DNA of 64,000 bases from the NCBI GenBank assembly GCA_965202805.1, contig OZ241869.1, forward strand, positions 32,001 to 96,000, read 5' to 3'. Numbering within the stretch: the stretch's first letter is position 1; the number at the start of each line of letters is the position of its first letter. Of this stretch, positions 30,546 to 38,548 are shown in pieces. The position numbers were made by a program, and so were the translations under genes. Source of the DNA: Longimicrobiales bacterium (lineage in GTDB: Bacteria > Gemmatimonadota > Gemmatimonadetes > Longimicrobiales > Gaopeijiaceae). The notes beneath the pieces were generated by a model, which saw nothing but the letters and a program-made list of their open reading frames with translations, was not told where the DNA came from and made no database searches.

Positions 30546-33500
30546 ATGATGGACCTCAGTGCATGGATGCGCGTCAGAACCCGCTGGAAGATCCGGTCCG
30601 CGTTGGCCGTGGCCTTCCTGGCCATGGCCGCGCACTCGCCTGCGTGCGCGCCACCCGCCGCTGAAGTCGAAGACGAAGCCCTGACCCTCACCTGGGAGAA
30701 CATCTTCACCCGCAACCGGGGCGCCCGTCAGGCTGCGCTCTCGCCCGACGGCGCATGGGTCGCGGTCACTGCGCGCACGGCGGACTTCTCGGGCATCTTT
30801 CTCGTTGCGGTGGATGGTGATCCGGCGCCCGCGCCGTGGGTGGAGGGCTCGTCGCCGGTCTGGTTCAGCGACGGGTCCGGCATCGTCTTCTCGCGGGGCG
30901 GGGACCTTTGGCGGGCGGCGGTGGGATCGAGCGAGCCGACCCGCATCACCGACGACCCGGACGACGAACGGGCCGCGCGGCCATCGCCGGACGGCAGCAC
31001 CATCGCCTTCTACAGCGGGCGCTCGGGCCACCAGGACATCTGGACCGTGCCGGCCGACGGTTCCGCTCCGCCAGCGCAGCTCACGCGCGCCTCCATGGCG
31101 GCGGACGACTTCCGCTTCGCCCCCGCCTGGTCGCCGGACGGGACCCGCGTCGCCTACTACTCCAACCGGAGCGACTACTGGGAGGACGACATTTGGGTGG
31201 TAGAGGTCGCGACCGGCGAGGAGCGGCAGATCTCCAGCAGCCTGATGGCCTCTTCCGCGCCGGTCTGGTCGCCTGACGGATCCCGCATCGCCCTTCTCGG
31301 CACCTCCAAGGACGAGTACTGGTACGAGGACCTCGCCTACATCTACCTCCTCGACCCGGAAGCGGGCACGGAGGAGATCGTTCCCATGCAGGTTCACGCC
31401 ACCGACTGGCTGCACAACCACACCGTCACCTGGGCGGGCGACGGCTCGGAACTCTTCTTCCCCTATCACGAGCGGGCCGAGGTGGAACTGTGGCGGGTGC
31501 CCGTGACCGGGGGCGTTGCGACCCGGGTGACGAACATGGGCGGGTCCTTCCGCGCCTACCACGCCACCCCGGACGGCTCCGCGTTCGTCTTCCTGCGCTC
31601 GACCTCGACTCGCGGTACGGAGGTGGACTACGTCCCGGCCGCGGGCGGGGCGGCGCGCCGGCTCACCCGATTCTCGACCCGGTGGAGGGGGCTGGTCGAG
31701 GCGGAGGAGGTCAGCTACCGCAGCTGGGACGGCCTCTATATCCAGGGCTTTCTATTCCGGCCGCCGGGCTTCCCCGAACACTATGGTACGACAATATCAG
31801 ACGACTATGCGACATATCCCGCACTGGTCATGGTCCATGGGGGCGGCACCAACTCCTATCTCAAGGGGCTGAGCCTCACCGAGCAGTATCTGGCGCAACT
31901 GGGGTATGTGGTCCTGGCCGTCAACTATCGGGGCGGCTCGGGCTTCGGGCGCGAGTTCCAGGACCTGGGCGTGGGGGACTGGGCCAACGGGCAGGCCCTC
32001 GACGCGGCCGCGGCCGCCGATTTCCTCAGGGCGCAGCCATGGTCCAACGGGAGGATCGGCATCTACGGGTACAGCTACGGGGGCATTCAGAGCATGGCGG
32101 CCATCGCCCGCGCGCCCGACGCCTTCGACGCCGCCGTGCCCATGGCGGGGATCTACGACTTTGCCGACGCCTACACCAACGCGGACCGGCTGGGAAAGAT
32201 CTTCATCAGGACCGGACACGGGGGCGCACCCGGGGAGCGGCCCGGCGTCTACGCCGTCAGCAATACGCTGGCGCGCGTGCCCGACATCGTCACGCCAACC
32301 CTGATCATGCACGGAGAGGAGGACGTACGCGCCCCGTTCCGCCAGTACGAGCTGGCCGTGGAGATCCTGGAGAGGGAAGGGAAGATCTACGAGAGCCACT
32401 CCTATCCCGGCGAACCGCACGGCTTCCGCAATCCGATGAACCGGGTGGACATGTACCGGCGCCTGGAGGGGTGGTTCGCGCGATGGCTGAAGGAGGATGC
32501 CGGCGACCCGGTCTGGCCGGGCGAGGAATGGCCGGTCTCCAACCCCGGGGCGGAGGGGCTTGATCCCGCGGCCATCGATTCGCTCATCGCCGATATCGAC
32601 GCCGGCCGGTTCGGGCTCATCGACCACTTCCTGCTGATCCGCAACGGGCGCGTGGTCGCGGATCGGCAGTGGGATCACGGCGAGGAGCATGCGCGCATCC
32701 TGGCCGGGCAGGAGGATACGGTCAGCCACCCCTACAACTACGATCATCCCGACTGGCACCCGTACTACCGCGACACGCCGCTGCACACCCTCCAGTCCGT
32801 CACCAAGAGCGTGACCTCGGTCGCCTTCGGCATCGCGGTCGACGCGGGATACATCGACGGGGTCGACGTGCCGGCATGGCCGTTCCTGGTCGCGTACGGT
32901 CCGGACCTGGGCGAGCCGCGGCGGGCGAAGGCGACGCTGGCCGACTTCCTCACCATGCGCAGCGGCATCGACTGGGCGGTTCCCGGGCAGACCTACGCCG
33001 ACGACACCCACCCGACCAGCGAACTCGAGGCGAGCGACGCGTGGATCGACTATGTCGTGCGCCGTCCCGTGGGAACCGAACCCGGAACCCGCTTCGACTA
33101 CAACGACGGCGTGAGCGTCCTCCTGGGGAAGATCCTGCGCGAGGCGACCGGACAGCGCCCCGACGCCTGGGCGGAGGAACATCTGTTCCGGCCCATCGGC
33201 ATCGAGGCGCATTACTGGAAGATCACCCCGGACGGAGAGGCGGACACGGAGGGCGGGCTCTACCTCGCCCCCCATGACCTGGCGCGAATCGCGTACCTGA
33301 TGCTGCGCGAGGGCGAGTGGGAGGGACGGCGGATCGTGTCCCGCGAATGGGTGCGGGCGTCCACCTCGCCCGTAATCCCCGACCTCAACCCCCGCAACGG
33401 CCGCGATGACGGAGGCTACGGATACCAATGGTGGGTGCCGTTCCACGAGGACGGGGAGACCCGGGTCTTTTCGGGCAACGGCTACGGCGGCCAGTTCCTG

Positions 33501-33620
33501 CACATCGTCCCGGAGCACGATCTGATCGTGCTTTTCAACGGATGGACGCTGCACCAGCGCGCGGAGTTCTCGAGCTGGACCGCGCTCCAGGACCGGATTC
33601 TGCCCGCCATTCGGGGCTGA
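30546..33620 (+). CDS. S9 peptidase (PD40 propeller + alpha/beta hydrolase) fused to a beta-lactamase-family serine hydrolase
   Basis: WSPDG repeats; VHGG, GYSYGG, HGEED, EPHGF; then SVTKS, FLTMRSG, FDYND, YGYQWW, GYGGQ. Confidence 0.88.
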   Translation: MMDLSAWMRVRTRWKIRSALAVAFLAMAAHSPACAPPAAEVEDEALTLTWENIFTRNRGARQAALSPDGAWVAVTARTADFSGIFLVAVDGDPAPAPWVEGSSPVWFSDGSGIVFSRGGDLWRAAVGSSEPTRITDDPDDERAARPSPDGSTIAFYSGRSGHQDIWTVPADGSAPPAQLTRASMAADDFRFAPAWSPDGTRVAYYSNRSDYWEDDIWVVEVATGEERQISSSLMASSAPVWSPDGSRIALLGTSKDEYWYEDLAYIYLLDPEAGTEEIVPMQVHATDWLHNHTVTWAGDGSELFFPYHERAEVELWRVPVTGGVATRVTNMGGSFRAYHATPDGSAFVFLRSTSTRGTEVDYVPAAGGAARRLTRFSTRWRGLVEAEEVSYRSWDGLYIQGFLFRPPGFPEHYGTTISDDYATYPALVMVHGGGTNSYLKGLSLTEQYLAQLGYVVLAVNYRGGSGFGREFQDLGVGDWANGQALDAAAAADFLRAQPWSNGRIGIYGYSYGGIQSMAAIARAPDAFDAAVPMAGIYDFADAYTNADRLGKIFIRTGHGGAPGERPGVYAVSNTLARVPDIVTPTLIMHGEEDVRAPFRQYELAVEILEREGKIYESHSYPGEPHGFRNPMNRVDMYRRLEGWFARWLKEDAGDPVWPGEEWPVSNPGAEGLDPAAIDSLIADIDAGRFGLIDHFLLIRNGRVVADRQWDHGEEHARILAGQEDTVSHPYNYDHPDWHPYYRDTPLHTLQSVTKSVTSVAFGIAVDAGYIDGVDVPAWPFLVAYGPDLGEPRRAKATLADFLTMRSGIDWAVPGQTYADDTHPTSELEASDAWIDYVVRRPVGTEPGTRFDYNDGVSVLLGKILREATGQRPDAWAEEHLFRPIGIEAHYWKITPDGEADTEGGLYLAPHDLARIAYLMLREGEWEGRRIVSREWVRASTSPVIPDLNPRNGRDDGGYGYQWWVPFHEDGETRVFSGNGYGGQFLHIVPEHDLIVLFNGWTLHQRAEFSSWTALQDRILPAIRG

Positions 33621-33630
33621 CCCGCCGACC

Positions 33631-34752
33631 ATGGGCGCGTTCGGCCTTCGAGCCAGCTATCGGCTGAGCTGCCGGAGCCTGGGCGAAGCAGTGTCCCTCG
33701 CGGGAGCCGTCGCGCGCGAGCAGACCGTCGAAGCCCCTCCCGGCGTCGGCGGTGACAGGCTTCAGGCGCGGATGCTGGGACGCATCGAGCGGATCGAGCG
33801 CGGACGCGGAGGAGGATGGCGGACACGGATCGCCTACCCGCGGGACGCCACCACGACGGAGCTCACCCAGCTCCTCAACGTTGCATACGGCAACGTGTCG
33901 CTCATGGACGGGGTGCGTCTGGTGGGACTCGACTTCGCGCCGGCCGTTCTGCGGTCGCTGCCCGGGCCACGGTTCGGGATCGGCGGCATCCGCTCGCTGG
34001 TCAGGGCGCCGCGGCGGCCGCTGGTGAGCGCGGCCATCAAGCCGGTCGGGCTGTCGTCGCGCGGACTTGCCCGCCAGGCCGCCGCCTTCGCCCGCGCGGG
34101 AGTGGACATCGTAAAGGACGACCACGGGTTGGCGGTCCAGGGTTCGGCTCCGTTTTCGGAGCGCACGCGGATGATCGCGGAGGCGGTCGCGGCCGCGAAT
34201 GCACGGGTGGGAGGGCGCACCGCCTATTTCCCCAACGTCACGGGTCCGCTGGATACCCTCGGCGAGCGACTGGAGCAGGTGGCCGCGCTGGGGCTCGCCG
34301 GCGTCCTGCTGTGTCCGAGCCTGATGGGGCTGGATGCGCTCCGCCGGGTCGCCGCCGGCTCCCGCGCGCTGGCGGTCATGGCCCACCCCTCCCACGCGCA
34401 GACCGCGCCCCGCCGGGCGGAGGGAATCGCCCCGGATGTGCTGCTCGGCACCCTTTACCGGGTTGCGGGCGCCGACATCGTGGTGTACGTAAACGCGGGC
34501 GGGCGCTTCTCGTGGCCCGAGGAGACCTGCCACGCGGTCAACAGGCGCCTGCGGGAGCCGTTGGAGCCGCTTCGCCGTGCTCTCCCCGCTCCTGCAGGAG
34601 GCGTGAACGCCGCCGAGGCCGGCCACTGGTTCGCCTGCTACGGGCCGGACACCATGCTGTTGATCGGGGGAAGCCTCCTGGTGCAGCGGGACCTGGAGGG
34701 CGCGGCGCGGCGTCTGGTGGAAGCGGCAGTCCGAGGAGGGATGAACAGGTGA
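33631..34752 (+). CDS. RuBisCO-like protein (form IV RLP)
   Basis: EQTVE, GNVSL, PGPRFG, IKPVGLS, DIVKDDH (KDDE in true RuBisCO), YFPNVT, MAHP, PAPAGG, IGGSL. Confidence 0.92.
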   Translation: MGAFGLRASYRLSCRSLGEAVSLAGAVAREQTVEAPPGVGGDRLQARMLGRIERIERGRGGGWRTRIAYPRDATTTELTQLLNVAYGNVSLMDGVRLVGLDFAPAVLRSLPGPRFGIGGIRSLVRAPRRPLVSAAIKPVGLSSRGLARQAAAFARAGVDIVKDDHGLAVQGSAPFSERTRMIAEAVAAANARVGGRTAYFPNVTGPLDTLGERLEQVAALGLAGVLLCPSLMGLDALRRVAAGSRALAVMAHPSHAQTAPRRAEGIAPDVLLGTLYRVAGADIVVYVNAGGRFSWPEETCHAVNRRLREPLEPLRRALPAPAGGVNAAEAGHWFACYGPDTMLLIGGSLLVQRDLEGAARRLVEAAVRGGMNR

Positions 34753-35222
34753 GCAGGTCTCGCGTCATTCGCGGAGGCGCCGGGGAGTGGGGGGACATCG
34801 AGCCCCGGCGCTACAAGCACGAGGAAGACGGTCTTGCCCGGTTCCGCGGCGTGACCCGCCACACGCTGCTCGGAGCCGGTCCGGGCGGCGAGGCCGGACT
34901 GGGCTTCGAACTGCGGTACTTCGAGGTGGCGCCCGGAGGCCATTCCTCGCTCGAGCGCCACGAGCACGGTCACGCGGTCGTGATCGTGAAAGGGAAGGGC
35001 GCGGTGCGCCTGGGCGAGGCTACGGAGCCGGTCTCGGCGCTCGATGTCGTGTATGTGGCTCCGCACGATGTCCACCGCTTTTCGGCCGACGCGGGGGAAG
35101 GGCTCGGCTTTCTCTGCGTCGTGGACCGCGTGCGGGACCGCCCGGTCGCGGTGGACGAGGACGGTCCCGGCGGCTCCGCTTCCCGGGGCGCGACCGGGCC
35201 ACGGCACCGGGGGGCCCCGTGA
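34749..35222 (+). CDS. Cupin protein, putative methylthio-xylulose-5-P methylsulfurylase
   Basis: LRYFEVAPGGHSSLERHEHGHAV, HDVHRF, FLCVVDRVRDRP; GTGA overlaps with RLP and mtnA. Confidence 0.8.
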   Translation: MSRSRVIRGGAGEWGDIEPRRYKHEEDGLARFRGVTRHTLLGAGPGGEAGLGFELRYFEVAPGGHSSLERHEHGHAVVIVKGKGAVRLGEATEPVSALDVVYVAPHDVHRFSADAGEGLGFLCVVDRVRDRPVAVDEDGPGGSASRGATGPRHRGAP

Positions 35223-36334
35223 AGGTCGGCGGCGTTCCCTATCGCAGCATCTTCACGGAGGGCGAGGGCACGGACGTCCAGGTCATCGACCAGACCCTGC
35301 TGCCGCACCGCTTCCGGATCCGCCGGCTCACCAGCGCCGCGGACGCGGCTCACGCCATCTCCGGAATGGTGGTGCGGGGTGCGCCTCTCATCGGCGCGAC
35401 CGCCGCCTACGGGGTCGCGCTCGCAATGCGCGCCGATCCTTCGAACGCATCGCTCGCCGCCTCCGTGAGCCGGCTGATGGCGACGCGCCCGACGGCCGTC
35501 AACCTGCGCTGGGCGCTCGAGAACGCCGGAGCCCTGCTTCGGTCACTGCCTCCCGCTCGGCGCACCCGAGCAGCCTATCGGTTCGCCGACGCGCTCTCTG
35601 AAAACGATGTGCGCATCAACCGAAGCATCGGTGACATCGGACTGGCCATCTTCCGGGAGATCCACGGGGCCGGGAAGGGTGGGGCACGCGAACCCGGCCG
35701 GCCCCTGAACGTGCTCACCCACTGCAATGCGGGGTGGCTGGCGACGGTGGATTGGGGAACCGCCACCGCCCCCATGTACCGGGCCCACGACGAGGGGCTC
35801 GACCTGCACGTCTGGGTGCGCGAGACGCGTCCGCGCTTTCAGGGAGCGGGTCTCACCGCCTGGGAGCTCGGCGAGCACGGGGTGCCGCACACGCTCGTCT
35901 CGGACAGTGCCTCCGGCCATCTGCTGAGTCGCGGGGAAGTCGATGTCGTGATCGTGGGCACCGATCGCACAGCCGCCTCCGGGGACGTCGCCAACAAGGT
36001 GGGAACCTATCCCCTGGCGCTCGCCGCCCGCGACAACGGCGTCCCCTTCTATGTGGCGGTGCCCTCGCCCAGCATCGACTGGAAGACCGAAGACGGAGCC
36101 GATATCCCCATAGAGGAGCGGGATGCGGACGAAGTGACGCTGGTGCGCGGCGTTGATGAAGCCGGGGTGGAGCGCACGGTCCGGATCACTCCCGAGCGCA
36201 CGCGGGCGGCCAACTATGCGTTCGACGTAACGCCTCGCCGGCTGGTCACGGGGCTGGTAACCGAGCGGGGCGTGTGCCCCGCCGACGGGCACGCGCTGAG
36301 AAGGATGTTCGGAAGGGAGGCGGGGTCCGGGTAG
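35219..36334 (+). CDS. mtnA: S-methyl-5-thioribose-1-phosphate isomerase
   Basis: IDQTLLP, VRGAPLIG, TRPTAVNL, LTHCNAGWLA, ETRP, GDVANKVGTY, AFDVTP. Confidence 0.95.
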   Translation: MKVGGVPYRSIFTEGEGTDVQVIDQTLLPHRFRIRRLTSAADAAHAISGMVVRGAPLIGATAAYGVALAMRADPSNASLAASVSRLMATRPTAVNLRWALENAGALLRSLPPARRTRAAYRFADALSENDVRINRSIGDIGLAIFREIHGAGKGGAREPGRPLNVLTHCNAGWLATVDWGTATAPMYRAHDEGLDLHVWVRETRPRFQGAGLTAWELGEHGVPHTLVSDSASGHLLSRGEVDVVIVGTDRTAASGDVANKVGTYPLALAARDNGVPFYVAVPSPSIDWKTEDGADIPIEERDADEVTLVRGVDEAGVERTVRITPERTRAANYAFDVTPRRLVTGLVTERGVCPADGHALRRMFGREAGSG

Positions 36335-36402
36335 GCTCGACATCCCGGCGCTGCAGAGCGGTACGGGAGGCGCGGAGGAGTTCTTGCAGCAGCGTCGGTG
36401 GA

Positions 36403-36588
36403 TTACGCCGAATCGGCCCCGCGCTGTCGGGCGTAGAGCCAGGCCCGTGCCGAGGCCCTGGCGCGCTCCCGGCGCATCTCCCGGTCCCGGTCGGCCCGGG
36501 CGCACTTGGCGCGGCAGGTGGTGCCCCCGCGCGCGGCCGGAAAGGGCTTGCCGCACACCACGCACAGAGTTTCCGATGCCGACGCCAC
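36403..36588 (-). CDS. Small putative Zn-binding protein (C-x2-C-x12-C-x3-C)
   Basis: GTG preceded by GAGGG; CVVCGKPF...TCRAKC followed by a basic helix. Confidence 0.5.
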   Translation of the reverse strand: MASASETLCVVCGKPFPAARGGTTCRAKCARADRDREMRRERARASARAWLYARQRGADSA

Positions 36589-36829
36589 GTTCCCTCGTTG
36601 TCTACGGCGATCCTTCATGCTCAGTTATCCGGCTGTATAGTCCCAAAAAGCCATCGCACTTTCCAGCGTCCGGCTGCTGTACGCAACATGAGCCCCACCG
36701 CGTCTCGCGCGGCACGTCTTGAACGTGCTGTATTGTCTCCCGGACTGGATAGACTAATATATGCACCCTGGGCAACGCCGCGTCAAACGACCGTGGCGTT
36801 CCTCTCTGTTCCGTTTCGCTGGAGGTCCA

Positions 36830-38539
36830 ATGCACCGCAGTTTCCTCGCGCTCCCGTGGGTACCGGCATTCCTCCTGCTCACGGCGACGCCCGTTTCCCG
36901 CGTCGCCGAGCGGCCTCATGCCGGGGTCGTCATCGAGCGGCCTCATGCCGCGGCCGTCATCGAGCGGCCTCGCCCCGGGATCGACATAGAGGCGTATCGC
37001 TTCGAGCTGACGCTCCGCGACGACACCGACCAGATCACCGGACGAGCCACGGTGACGTTTCGTTTCACGGCGGAAGGGGTCGTGGAGCTGCCGCTCGACC
37101 TGGTGGGGGTGAGGCCCGACGGCGAGGGGATGGAGGTCACCGGCGTCCGGGCGGCGGAGCGCCCCCTCGACTACCGCCACGAGAACGACCTGCTCACGGT
37201 TCGGTTTCCCCGGGCCGGTCGCCCCGGCGAACGGGACTCGGTGACGGTGAGCTACCGGGGTGCGCCTGCGTCCGGCCTCCGCATCGGACCCAACAAGTAC
37301 GGCGAACGCACCTTCTTCAGTGACAACTGGCCCAACCGGGCGCGCAACTGGCTGCCGACGGTCGACCATATCGCGGAGAAGGCGGCGTGCGAATTCGTGA
37401 TCACCGCGCCGGCGCACTACCAGGTGGTTTCCAACGGCGTCATCGTCGAGCAAACGGACCTCGCCGGGGGCATGCGCCGCACCCACTGGAGGCAGTCGGC
37501 GCCCATCTCCCCCTGGCTCTTCGTGGTCGGCGTGGCGCGCTTCGCCGTTCACAACCTGGGCGAGTTCGACGGCCGTCCGGTCCAGACCTGGGTGTACGCG
37601 CGCGACCGCGACGCCGGCTTCCACGACTTCGCGGTCCCCACCCTGAGCGTGCTCGCCTTCTTCGACGACTACGTGGGTCCCTTCGCCTACGACAAGCTTG
37701 CCAACATCACCTCGCCGGCAACCGGCGGGGGCATGGAAGCCGCGACGGCCCTCATGTACAGCGAGAACGCGGTCACGGGCGACAGGCCGGTGCGCTGGCG
37801 CAACGTCGTCATCCACGAGATCGCGCACCAGTGGTTCGGCAACGCGGTCACCGAGTCCGAGTGGGACGACGTGTGGCTGAGCGAGGGCTTTGCCACCTAC
37901 TTCACGCTGCTCTTCCGCGAGCACGCCTACGGCAGGGACGACTTCGTCACGGGCCTCCGGCAGGCGGCGGAGCGCGTCGACTTCTGGTACGCGCAGAATC
38001 CCGATTACCGCATCGTCCACGACGGCCTCGAGGACATGTCGCGGGTGACCAGCGTGGCGACCTACCAGAAGGGCGCCTGGGTGTTGCACATGCTCAGAAA
38101 GCGGGTCGGCGACGAGGCCTTCCAGCGCGGCATCCGCACCTACTATGCCCGCCACCTGAACGGCACCGCCTCCACCGACGACTTCATGAGGGCCATGGAG
38201 GAGTCCTCCGGCGACGACCTGCAGGCGTTCTTCGACCAGTGGCTCCGGCACGGGGGCAATCCGGTCTTCGAGGGGACGTGGCTTTACGACTCCGAAGCCG
38301 GAGCGGTGCGCGTCGACCTGCGCCAGGCGCAGGAGACGGGGCTGTTCCGAATGCCCCTCGAAATCGGGGTCTACACGGGGCGTGACCGGCTTCCCGCCCA
38401 GGTGGTCACCGTCGAGGTGGACGCGGCCTCCCACAGCTTCGTCATCCCGGTCGACGCGGAACCTTCCGATGTCCGCCTGGATCCGGATACCTGGGCGCTG
38501 TTTGCGGCGGAGTTCTCGCGCGCGCAGGAGGATCCCTAG
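36830..38539 (+). CDS. M1-family aminopeptidase
   Basis: GGME, HEIAHQWFGN...WLSEGFATY, YQKGAWVLHMLR; GGAGG RBS. Confidence 0.93.
   Translation: MHRSFLALPWVPAFLLLTATPVSRVAERPHAGVVIERPHAAAVIERPRPGIDIEAYRFELTLRDDTDQITGRATVTFRFTAEGVVELPLDLVGVRPDGEGMEVTGVRAAERPLDYRHENDLLTVRFPRAGRPGERDSVTVSYRGAPASGLRIGPNKYGERTFFSDNWPNRARNWLPTVDHIAEKAACEFVITAPAHYQVVSNGVIVEQTDLAGGMRRTHWRQSAPISPWLFVVGVARFAVHNLGEFDGRPVQTWVYARDRDAGFHDFAVPTLSVLAFFDDYVGPFAYDKLANITSPATGGGMEAATALMYSENAVTGDRPVRWRNVVIHEIAHQWFGNAVTESEWDDVWLSEGFATYFTLLFREHAYGRDDFVTGLRQAAERVDFWYAQNPDYRIVHDGLEDMSRVTSVATYQKGAWVLHMLRKRVGDEAFQRGIRTYYARHLNGTASTDDFMRAMEESSGDDLQAFFDQWLRHGGNPVFEGTWLYDSEAGAVRVDLRQAQETGLFRMPLEIGVYTGRDRLPAQVVTVEVDAASHSFVIPVDAEPSDVRLDPDTWALFAAEFSRAQEDP
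36907..36971 (+). repeat. 27-bp in-frame tandem repeat (about 2.4 copies)
   Basis: cgagcggcctc at 36907, 36934 and 36961; encodes ERPHAxxVI. Confidence 0.85.
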
Positions 38540-38548
38540 GCAGGGGCG

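Noticed and set aside
33631..34752. CO2-fixing RuBisCO
   Set aside because: KDDH rather than KDDE, second Lys of KPK missing, no small subunit or prk; context is MTA salvage
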